This document shows positions 7,258-15,236 of a stretch of 41,192 nucleotides of DNA, piece after piece (positions within the stretch are counted from its first letter, which is position 1; the number at the start of each line of letters is the position of its first letter). The position numbers and the translations under genes are program-made. A model generated the notes under the pieces. That model was not told where the DNA came from and did no database searches. It saw only the letters and a list, made by a program, of their open reading frames with translations. The stretch is from an uncultured archaeon (GTDB lineage: Archaea > Asgardarchaeota > Heimdallarchaeia > Heimdallarchaeales > Kariarchaeaceae): the NCBI GenBank assembly GCA_964645535.1, contig CAZYCQ010000030.1, forward strand, positions 1-41,192, given 5' to 3'.

Positions 7258-9981
7258 TCATTTTGGCAATTGTCTGCTCTTTCCTCGTGCGTAATCAGAA
7301 ATGACGATGTTTCCAAGAATTTTCACGAAGTATTCGGAACCACTTGCTATGGCTACATAATCGTTATTCCCTTCATCAATGGTGCCAAGAAGAATCTCTT
7401 CCCCTTCCCGTTCACAACCGATGAAATCGGGAAGTGTACCTCCAAGCCCCCCTCTTTGAATTGCTCGCAAAGTCACGTTTGCGGGTGCATTATGCATTTT
7501 TTCAATCCAATCCTTGTGAGTGATTTCATCAATATATGAAACAATGGTGACTTGAACAGTACGTGGTAGTTGAAGGATTCTCTGTTCATTAACCATATCA
7601 ACAGAAGGAACCAAGATAGTTGCCTTGCTTTTGATGCGTCCCAACATGTCATTGATGTATTCAATTATTGCCTGTTTTCCCACAACCGTTGTGGTTTTGA
7701 TTTGGGGGGTTTCTGTTGTGTCAATCAGTTTTGAGAACCCCATCAGCGATTCATTGAGCCCTTGAAGGCTTGAAACCAACATATCGGAATTTGAAATAAA
7801 GTTTCCGACATATTGATCCAGAAGAGCCCTTGATCTTTCAAGATGGGCTGTGCTGACTCCTGTAGCAACGTCCTTGACTTTATCAACAGTGGCAAAGCCA
7901 TTTTCCTTGATCTGCTCGTTGTGTTCATTTAATTTTGAGATAAGTAGATCGGTCAATTGGGAGGTTCCGGTAGCCATTTCCTCTGCCAAAGTGGTCGAAA
8001 GAGCCTTGAGTCTTTGGGAAAATCCATCAAGATCTGATTTGAAAGCTTCAACCAAGTTCTTTTGAGCAAGTGTTTCAGTCTCCGTGATGCCTTCAAATTC
8101 ATTTTTTAGATTTTCCAGATGGGAAGAAAGGGATTCTGTAATTTGAATCACCTTGTCATTTAAACTTGAATTGGTCTCAGCAACCTTGGTAGAGATTTGA
8201 TTTTTCAACATCGAGAAACTTGAGTCTACATCTTCCAATGAATGTCCAATGTCCTGTTCAATGTCCGTCAATATCGAATTTAATTGGGCATCTATTTGGG
8301 TTCCTTGTTCGGTAAGCTGGTTTACAAATGCTTCCTTTTCGCCTTGCAATGATTCATGAAATGCTTGGAGAGTGGCATTGAGGTTTTGGAGGAATTGTTC
8401 AATTGATTGGTCTATTTGTATCCTGTTTTCGGCAAGAGAGTCTGTCGATTGTGAAATATGATTTTTTGTCGAACTCAGCAATTCAGATATCTTTTGCTGT
8501 AAACCAGTCACTTGAGCATTTATATTGCCGAACGCCTGTTCCATTTGTGCGGCCAGGTTGGTTTTGATGCCTTCAAGATTCTGGATCTGTTGTTGTTGCA
8601 GACTATCCAGTTCTTGGTTTTTTTGTGCATTCAATTGATTGATGGTCTCAATTGCCTGTGATTGGAGTTCTCCCTGTTTGTTTCTTGCAATATCAAGCTT
8701 TTGTTTCAGGGTTTCAGAGAGAGTTGTATTCAGAGTTTCAATGGTCTCCTGTGCCTGTTGGAGCAATCGGGCAAATTCCTGTTCCATTGACTGTTTAAGT
8801 TCCACCTCCTTTTGTTTGATGATTGAATTGAAATCATTTTCCAGAAGGGAGAAATGTTCCAGAACCGATTGGCTGGTATTCTCGACAAATGTTGTACCAG
8901 AGGAATGGATTGTAGACATTTGATCTTTTCCAGCCTGAATGGCGGTTGACAGAGCATTCTGCAATCCGATGGTTCCCTCATCCAATTTCTGCTGTAATGA
9001 CTCCTTAGATGATGAAAGCATATCTAGTCCCTGACCCAAAGATTCGGCAACCTCAGATGAACTTGTTTCTAGACCGGAGGATGCATCATCAAGGGTTTTT
9101 TTTGCTTGATCCAAGGATGTGTCTATCTTTTCCTTAATTCCCGCAGTCCTGTCCATGAATTCACCATGATGTTTTTGTGATAGTTGGATCAGCTTTTCAT
9201 AATTTTCCTCTGCCATTCCCTTCATATTGTCAATCTGGGATTTGTTGACATTTGATTGACGTCCAATCAGTCCCCGTTCGCTCTCTCTCAAGATTTCAAG
9301 TCTTTCCTTGATTGAGTTGGCGGTTGCTTCAACCGTTTCCAAATCCACTGAAATTTGGGGTGGAGTAATCTGAGTAGATTCAAGAAATGTCCGCAATGAT
9401 TCGGAGATTTTTGTGTCCAATGTGGTTTTTGCTGAGTCCAGCCTATTGGTAAAGTGTTGGATCAATTCTGTAGCTCGTCTATCAAGATCAGTCTTGTTTT
9501 GTCCAATCTCATCCAGATATTGGTCTTTATTGGAATTCAGTGCCTGCATTGCGGTTTGTGCATTTTCATTGATTCCTTTGGCAGTTTCATCGGATTTTAC
9601 GGAGATTTCATGACGGACGGTTTCAAGGGTTCCCTCCAAACCGCTGAGTAGTTTTTCGGACTCTTTTTTTATTTCATCAAGGGTTCTCTCTTTTTCTTCT
9701 TGGAATTCTCTCCCCAATGTGGAGATTGTCCCCAATGAACCCTGCACTTTTTCAATTGCCGTATCGACCGGCAATAGAGCAGCAAAACGATCCTGCAAGC
9801 CCGGAACGCGTCGTACAAGCTTTTTTGTTTCAAGTGTTTGAAGGGCATCATTGACAGCAGAGCTCCCAAAGCCTGTAATCGATCGAATTTCACCACCCGA
9901 AAGCTGACCACTGACCAATAGAACCCTGTAAATTTCTGCTTCTTCATGGGAAAGTCCCAAGGAACTTAAAACGTCACTCAT
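7258..9981 (-). CDS. TrmB-family wHTH protein with ~680-aa helical/coiled-coil insert and C-terminal TrmB effector-like domain
   Basis: N-terminus LSSLGLSHEEAEIYRVLL..G.LS..EI...L..L..K.LV is a TrmB wHTH. Long Q/E/L/S-rich, nearly proline-free helical middle. C-terminus VVGKQAIIEYINDMLGRIKSKATILVP resembles the TrmB sensor domain. Confidence 0.75.
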   Translation of the reverse strand: MSDVLSSLGLSHEEAEIYRVLLVSGQLSGGEIRSITGFGSSAVNDALQTLETKKLVRRVPGLQDRFAALLPVDTAIEKVQGSLGTISTLGREFQEEKERTLDEIKKESEKLLSGLEGTLETVRHEISVKSDETAKGINENAQTAMQALNSNKDQYLDEIGQNKTDLDRRATELIQHFTNRLDSAKTTLDTKISESLRTFLESTQITPPQISVDLETVEATANSIKERLEILRESERGLIGRQSNVNKSQIDNMKGMAEENYEKLIQLSQKHHGEFMDRTAGIKEKIDTSLDQAKKTLDDASSGLETSSSEVAESLGQGLDMLSSSKESLQQKLDEGTIGLQNALSTAIQAGKDQMSTIHSSGTTFVENTSQSVLEHFSLLENDFNSIIKQKEVELKQSMEQEFARLLQQAQETIETLNTTLSETLKQKLDIARNKQGELQSQAIETINQLNAQKNQELDSLQQQQIQNLEGIKTNLAAQMEQAFGNINAQVTGLQQKISELLSSTKNHISQSTDSLAENRIQIDQSIEQFLQNLNATLQAFHESLQGEKEAFVNQLTEQGTQIDAQLNSILTDIEQDIGHSLEDVDSSFSMLKNQISTKVAETNSSLNDKVIQITESLSSHLENLKNEFEGITETETLAQKNLVEAFKSDLDGFSQRLKALSTTLAEEMATGTSQLTDLLISKLNEHNEQIKENGFATVDKVKDVATGVSTAHLERSRALLDQYVGNFISNSDMLVSSLQGLNESLMGFSKLIDTTETPQIKTTTVVGKQAIIEYINDMLGRIKSKATILVPSVDMVNEQRILQLPRTVQVTIVSYIDEITHKDWIEKMHNAPANVTLRAIQRGGLGGTLPDFIGCEREGEEILLGTIDEGNNDYVAIASGSEYFVKILGNIVISDYARGKSRQLPK

Positions 9982-10003
9982 ACCTTTCGATTCATAATTA
10001 CAG

Positions 10004-10010
10004 TTATAAG
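10004..10010 (-). promoter_or_regulatory. Putative TATA box of the TrmB-like gene
   Basis: CTTATAA on the minus strand, 29-23 nt upstream of ATG 9981. Confidence 0.55.
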
Positions 10011-10199
10011 CTCATCCCCTTATGGGAATAGAATTTGTGGTTGAAGTGAAAATGACATATGCAGACGTGTGATAAAGGAATAGATAGGTAGAAGGATTTT
10101 TTGAAATATTTTGAATTGAATATCATGTTTCGAAAATATTGCAATAGTTCTATTTCGGATAACCGAAAATTTTGAATAGTCGATAAATAACAAGACCAT

Positions 10200-10934
10200 G
10201 TGAGCACTACAGTCTCAAGAGAAGAAATGAAGAAAGAAGCTGTTGTAGAAGCCCGGAAGCTATTGAAATCAACCAATTACGGCGTAATGTCCACTATCAG
10301 TGTCCAAGTCTCGGGATATCCTTTTGGATCCCATATGCCATTTTGCATGGACGATGATGGAAGCCTTTTGGTGTATATCAGTACCTTGGCACAACACACC
10401 AAAAACCTTGATGCCAATCCAAAATGTTCCCTCACCATCATCAGCCCAAATTATACACATATTCAGAATTCACAGAGGTTGACATATATTGGAGAGGGAT
10501 TCAAGGTTCTTGAAGAGGAGTTTGAAAAGGCGTATGAGACATATGTCAGGTTTTTCCCGAAGGCTGCAAGGTATAAGGAAATGCATGACTTTCATATTTA
10601 CAGGATCAATCCAGTGAGAATCCGTTATATCGGTGGTTTCGGTAAAATTTTCTGGATAGAAGTTGATGAACTTTTTGAACCTTCAATTTTCACGGGAAAC
10701 ACCAAAAAGTCCATTCTAGAACACATGAATGAGGATCACAAGGAATTTATGCAACGATACTTCAGCAAATTTGGTCTACCGGTTCCTGATATGGAAAAAA
10801 TCCGGATGGTCGATATAGATAAGTACGGAGTGATGATCATGGAGAATGATAAGCCCTTCTTTTTTGAATTTGAGGAACCATTGACGGATGAAGGACAGGC
10901 CAAAGATGCGATAATAAAATTGGGAAAATCCTAA
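10200..10934 (+). CDS. HugZ/HutZ-like heme-utilisation protein (PNPOx-like split barrel plus DUF2470-like C-terminus)
   Basis: GVMSTIS..GYPFGS, YISTLAQHTKNL..NPKCSL, MHDF.IY, RYIGGFGKIFW and ILEHMNEDH motifs. Start is GTG 10200 or ATG 10227. Confidence 0.85.
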   Translation: MSTTVSREEMKKEAVVEARKLLKSTNYGVMSTISVQVSGYPFGSHMPFCMDDDGSLLVYISTLAQHTKNLDANPKCSLTIISPNYTHIQNSQRLTYIGEGFKVLEEEFEKAYETYVRFFPKAARYKEMHDFHIYRINPVRIRYIGGFGKIFWIEVDELFEPSIFTGNTKKSILEHMNEDHKEFMQRYFSKFGLPVPDMEKIRMVDIDKYGVMIMENDKPFFFEFEEPLTDEGQAKDAIIKLGKS

Positions 10935-10935
10935 G

Positions 10936-12150
10936 TTAATCATCCCTATGATAGACCAATTTGCCATCAATGTAAGTTCGTTCGACCGCAGATCTTGCAT
11001 CTAAAGGATCGCCATCAAAGATGAGAAAATCAGCGTCTTTTCCGACTTCAATACTTCCCACTCTCTCATCGACACCCAAGATTTTGGCAGGATTGATCGT
11101 GATGGTTTCCAAGGCTCTCGTGGCAGGCAGTCCTTCCCGGACAGCCATGATCACAGTATCTCGTAGTCCATGTATTGGAATGACAGGGGCATCGGTGGTA
11201 ATGGCAACGGTAACGCCAGCCTTCATCATGATACCGGGGGTCTTAAGAGTCCTATTTTTCAGTTCACGTTTGGAACGGTTGGTGAGGAGAGGACCGACAA
11301 CAACAGGTAGGTTTCTTTCCTTGATGATTTCCTTGATCTTATGCGATTCAGTTGCATGGTCGATTATCAGTTGAAAGCCGAATTCCTCAGATAGGCGGAT
11401 GGCGGTTCTGATATCATCTGCACGATGGGAGTGGCATCTGACCGGTACGCTGCCTGAAAGGATTTTAAGAAGCATTTCATTGCCGAGGTCATATTTCGGT
11501 CGTTTGGGAAGTTTTCTTTCTTCGGGAGGTTTACTTTCGTTGGCTCTCAATTCATCTTGGTACTGTTGCCACTCGGACTGGTAATCGAGAGCATCATAAA
11601 ATGCTTGACGGATCAGATATGCATTGCCCATCCTTGTTGTTGGGGCTCTTTTGTTGTTGAAACCGACTCGCTTGGCGTTTTCACCGAGAGCCATCTTCAC
11701 TCCTGCGGGTTGCTTGATGATCATATCATCCACAACATGACCATAGGATTTGACCACGCAGAATTGACCGCCAATAAGGTTTCCTGAACCGGGAGTGATG
11801 CCCATGGTGGTGACACCTCCTTTTCTGGCATCGTCAAAGCCCATGTCTTCAGGGAATATGGCATCCATTGCCCGTAGATATGGAGTGATAGGAGCGGTCA
11901 TTTCATTTCCGTCACTGTTTGCTGGACCGGGACCTGCGCCTTCCTCCCACAAACCGACATGGGAGTGAGCATCAATGAATCCCGGAGTGATATGTTTTCC
12001 GGAACAGTCAATGATTTCATATCTGCTTGCATCAATACGGGAAGTGTCGCCAACAGCGACAATTTTTCCCTCGTCTACAAGCAACGTCCCGTTAGGAATT
12101 ACAGGACCAGTTATAGTATGTATAGTAGCATTGGTGAATGCCAATCTCAT
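10936..12150 (-). CDS. Amidohydrolase (imidazolonepropionase-like / Xaa-Pro dipeptidase-like group)
   Basis: TPGFIDAHSH, GGVTT..ITPGS.N.IGG, KMALGEN, CHSHRADDI, DHATE, TTDAPV and GSIEVGKDADF motifs. Confidence 0.9.
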   Translation of the reverse strand: MRLAFTNATIHTITGPVIPNGTLLVDEGKIVAVGDTSRIDASRYEIIDCSGKHITPGFIDAHSHVGLWEEGAGPGPANSDGNEMTAPITPYLRAMDAIFPEDMGFDDARKGGVTTMGITPGSGNLIGGQFCVVKSYGHVVDDMIIKQPAGVKMALGENAKRVGFNNKRAPTTRMGNAYLIRQAFYDALDYQSEWQQYQDELRANESKPPEERKLPKRPKYDLGNEMLLKILSGSVPVRCHSHRADDIRTAIRLSEEFGFQLIIDHATESHKIKEIIKERNLPVVVGPLLTNRSKRELKNRTLKTPGIMMKAGVTVAITTDAPVIPIHGLRDTVIMAVREGLPATRALETITINPAKILGVDERVGSIEVGKDADFLIFDGDPLDARSAVERTYIDGKLVYHRDD

Positions 12151-12261
12151 GATGAAAGGGTGTGGGAAACAGGTTTTTTCAAGGTTATCAGGGGGGGTAT
12201 TGTAAATGGTTGAATTTGGGAGGTTTCTTTAGTCAATTTGGGGTTTGTCGCTTCAGGAATC

Positions 12262-12275
12262 CGAAAGGTCTATAA
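12262..12275 (+). promoter_or_regulatory. Putative BRE plus TATA box of the GNAT gene
   Basis: CGAAAGGT-CTATAA with TATA 28-23 nt upstream of ATG 12298. Confidence 0.5.
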
Positions 12276-12297
12276 TCATCAAAATCCGTGAGAAGGC

Positions 12298-12732
12298 ATG
12301 GCAGAAATAACCATAAGGGAACTTAGCCTTGATGATGTACCCAGAATGGTGGAAATTTACAAGGGACTTACAGGGGATGAGATTGATGAGGACACCATGA
12401 GTGAGAAAATAGAGTATGGTCAGTGCTTGACAGCTTTAGGCGCCGAAGCGGATGGAATGCTTGTCGGGTTCATTATCGGAGAAACCAACCAAGGAACATT
12501 TGGAGAGGATGAGACAGTTGGTTGGATAAACATGGTTGGATTGGATAAGAAATACCGGAAGATGGGGATTGGAACCAAATTGGGAAAGGAACTTTTGGCA
12601 AGGTTTCAAGGATTGGGAATTAAGAAAATAAGAACAATTGTTGAGGATCGCGATTATGGTCTTCTGAATTATTTTCGATCCCTTGGTCTGGAAAAGGTAC
12701 CTTGGACTGTTTTGGAACTGAATTTCACATAA
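12298..12732 (+). CDS. GNAT-family N-acetyltransferase
   Basis: LVGFI, GWINMVGLDKKYRKMGIGTKL (acetyl-CoA motif A) and LNYFRSLG. Confidence 0.9.
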   Translation: MAEITIRELSLDDVPRMVEIYKGLTGDEIDEDTMSEKIEYGQCLTALGAEADGMLVGFIIGETNQGTFGEDETVGWINMVGLDKKYRKMGIGTKLGKELLARFQGLGIKKIRTIVEDRDYGLLNYFRSLGLEKVPWTVLELNFT

Positions 12733-13483
12733 TATGCCTGTCCTTATCGATGGGGGGTGCAACAAGACCTAGATTATTGCACAGTTGAACTACTTCCTGA
12801 TAATACCTTTGCCGCATTTCTTCGTTTTCCCATCTTTTGATCCCCAATTCGACAGCCAACTGTGCATTCTTGGAATCCTTATGTCCAAACATATCCAAGG
12901 CGCGTGGTATCCAAAAGTCAACGGCAGCTTGGGCAGTTTCCTTGTTTCCAGGATAGTTGGGATCAGTAATCACTTTTTTGAGTCCGTTGTAGCCAAAACC
13001 AATATGAAGCTTTTCCTCATTCAACATGAGCGGCATTTCCCGAGCCAATGGGGCATAGGAACATTCCTGAAATGCTTCAAGTTGGTACAGCCCAACCCTG
13101 TCAACGAAACAGGTAAAGGCACATACGCTTTCCCAGTTTTCGAATTCGATGTTAAAGCTTTCTAGGGTATGTTCTCCGATCTTTCTGGCAAGAAGTTTAT
13201 CGACAAGTGCTTCTCCTTCCGGACCGAATTGCTTTAGAAGCCTAGTCATTGTCAGTCCATGCCTGACCTCATCTGCCACGATACGTGAAAGAACCCACTT
13301 ATCTTCTGCGGTAGGAGCGTTTTCCTGCCATTCCAGATGTTGCTGAACGCTTGCAAATTCGGTATCTGCCTGTACAAAGAGCATCTTTTTCAGCAATGTG
13401 GCATATTCCTCTGGAAGCTCGTCAGGCGTTTCGAATTTTCGAATTTTTGCATATTTTCCTTTTTTGATGTGCCGTGTTGACAT
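12725..13483 (-). CDS. Ferritin-like diiron aryl-CoA epoxidase catalytic subunit (short BoxB/PaaA-like)
   Basis: QADTEFASVQQ, DEVRH, SFN..FENW, FVDRVGLYQL, YAPLAR and EEKLHIGFG align with BoxB motifs (QGDTEPASVEQ, EEGRH, FTDRDGKFQL, EEAHH). All six putative iron ligands are present. Confidence 0.85.
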   Translation of the reverse strand: MSTRHIKKGKYAKIRKFETPDELPEEYATLLKKMLFVQADTEFASVQQHLEWQENAPTAEDKWVLSRIVADEVRHGLTMTRLLKQFGPEGEALVDKLLARKIGEHTLESFNIEFENWESVCAFTCFVDRVGLYQLEAFQECSYAPLAREMPLMLNEEKLHIGFGYNGLKKVITDPNYPGNKETAQAAVDFWIPRALDMFGHKDSKNAQLAVELGIKRWENEEMRQRYYQEVVQLCNNLGLVAPPIDKDRHIM

Positions 13484-13547
13484 GAAAATCCTTCCTTAAA
13501 TTTCAGTTTACATTTCCATTAATATAGATTACCCCTGAAAAAAATTG

Positions 13548-14318
13548 TCAGGGAAACTCGGGCTTTCGTTTTTCCAAAAATGCGGATACACCCTCCTTAT
13601 GCTCATCCGTGGTGAATGCAACTCCTTGGTATGCCGATTCAAGCCGAAGTTGTTCTTCTAGATGGTTATCCATTGCAGCATTCAACAACTGCTTGGACAA
13701 TCCAATTGTAGCTCTTGGACCGTTTGCCCATTCAGTCAAAATTTCCTTTGAGAAAGAAGCGAGGGCTTCATGAGGAACTACGTCAAGAACCAGGCCAAAT
13801 TCCTTGGCTTGGCTTGCGGAAATGGTTTTTCTTCCAAACACCAAGTACTTGGCTCGTTGAAGACCCATGTATCTGACCAGATGATAGGAAGCTTCAGAGA
13901 TAAGCCCTACATTTCCATAAGCAAATCCGAATTTGGAATTTTCCGAGGCAATGATGAGATCACAGGCGGTAGCAAGAACAATACCCGCTCCAAAGCAGCT
14001 GCCATTTACCACGGCCAAACTGGGTTTTTTCATTCCCTGAATTTTGACCACTATCGAATGCAGAAGTTTTTCCAAACGTTCCTTGGTGATATACGCCTTA
14101 CCCAGCCTCGAGATCATGGTTTGGATATCTCCACCTGCACAGAAGGCCTTCCCCTCTCCAGTAAGAACCAGCGCTCGGATTTCTTCATTAATTGAAATTT
14201 CATCCAGTTGATGATTGAGTTCCTCGAGGAGTTCTGTATTGAGGGCATTTCTTTTATCAGGTCGGTTAAGGGTCAAGGTACAGATTCCGTTCTCGACAGT
14301 CTTTTTCAGGTAATCCAT
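13548..14318 (-). CDS. Crotonase-family protein, PaaG-like epoxy-CoA isomerase candidate
   Basis: LTLNRPDKRNAL, GKAFCAGGD, VNGSCFGAG and EHKEGVSAFLEKRKP. Lacks both hydratase glutamates (GAGIVLA; FAYGNVG) and has an acidic residue at the PaaG Asp position (GLISEA). Confidence 0.75.
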   Translation of the reverse strand: MDYLKKTVENGICTLTLNRPDKRNALNTELLEELNHQLDEISINEEIRALVLTGEGKAFCAGGDIQTMISRLGKAYITKERLEKLLHSIVVKIQGMKKPSLAVVNGSCFGAGIVLATACDLIIASENSKFGFAYGNVGLISEASYHLVRYMGLQRAKYLVFGRKTISASQAKEFGLVLDVVPHEALASFSKEILTEWANGPRATIGLSKQLLNAAMDNHLEEQLRLESAYQGVAFTTDEHKEGVSAFLEKRKPEFP

Positions 14319-14364
14319 GAACGTCTGTAAGGACTATGCTACATGTAGGTTTCGTTTTCCGTAG

Positions 14365-15072
14365 CTAGATCTTCAAACCGATTTTCTCAAGGATTTGCGA
14401 AACATTTTCCTGATAGTAGGTTTCAAATTGCTGGCGATCCCATTTTGGTATTCCCAATTCCTCAGGTGCGTCCAATTCGGATTCCGGCAGTCCATATCCA
14501 AATATCATTTTTGCCTTTTCAATCCATTCACGGATTCGTTTTTCCACGTTGGCCTGTTGTTCCGGGTTTGTGTCCAAAGCCCTTCGTAGTCCATTGATTC
14601 CAAATGCAGGATGTAAAGATTCCTCGTTTATGATCAAGGGCATTGCCCTTCTCAAAGGAGCATATTTTGCTTTCTGGAGCATTTTCAATTGATATACATC
14701 AACCAATGGGACAAAGCAGGAGAAGGCGCAAACATCGACCCAATCTTCAAATGGTTTGTTGAAAATTTCGAATTCGTGTTCACCAAGCTTCCTTTTGAAA
14801 AGTTCATCGGCGATTCCTTCACCTTCCTCACCAAAGTCTCTGAGAAAACGAGTGACTTGTAGGCCATGCCGGATCTCCGCGGAGACAATCCTTGCCATTC
14901 TCCATCTCGCCTCTGAACTTTCTGCCTTACTCTGCCAAACCAAATGAAGGTTATACATACCATACTCAATATCCCCCTGCTTTGAGAGGATTTTCAGCAA
15001 GAATTGCCTGCTTGGATCTGGCAGATTCTTTGCAGATATGAAAACATTTTCCTCAATCTGCGTGTCTTCCAT
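14365..15072 (-). CDS. Paralogous ferritin-like BoxB/Paa-type subunit with altered metal site
   Basis: Ungapped alignment with 12725..13483 (74/148 identities by hand count). QGDIE, AEIRH and EESLH are kept, but FVDRVG becomes FVPLVD. Confidence 0.8.
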   Translation of the reverse strand: MEDTQIEENVFISAKNLPDPSRQFLLKILSKQGDIEYGMYNLHLVWQSKAESSEARWRMARIVSAEIRHGLQVTRFLRDFGEEGEGIADELFKRKLGEHEFEIFNKPFEDWVDVCAFSCFVPLVDVYQLKMLQKAKYAPLRRAMPLIINEESLHPAFGINGLRRALDTNPEQQANVEKRIREWIEKAKMIFGYGLPESELDAPEELGIPKWDRQQFETYYQENVSQILEKIGLKI

Positions 15073-15236
15073 ATTGAAGGATTATCCATCACCTTAAAAT
15101 CTGTTCTGTCTTCCAATTCCAAAATAGCTTTGTGCTGAAGCCGACTATAGTAAATTCTTCCCAAATTGGTCTAGACGGATACCCTGAATCCCAAAAAGAT
15201 AAAAACAAGAGGAAAATTCAGGATTAGGCGATCATA

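Noticed and set aside
7258-9981. SMC/Rad50 or chemoreceptor call for the long helical protein
   Set aside because: No Walker A/B, signature motif, hinge or zinc hook, TM helices or MCP hairpin signature.
10004-10276. 90-aa minus-strand ORF in the divergent promoter region
   Set aside because: Overlaps the HugZ-like start and promoter elements; composition looks like translated AT-rich intergenic DNA.
12725-15072. Assigning symbols paaA/paaC/paaG or boxB
   Set aside because: Motifs are BoxB-like but the size is not, the two subunits are far more alike than PaaA and PaaC, and paaB/D/E and boxA are absent, so orthology cannot be claimed without a phylogeny.
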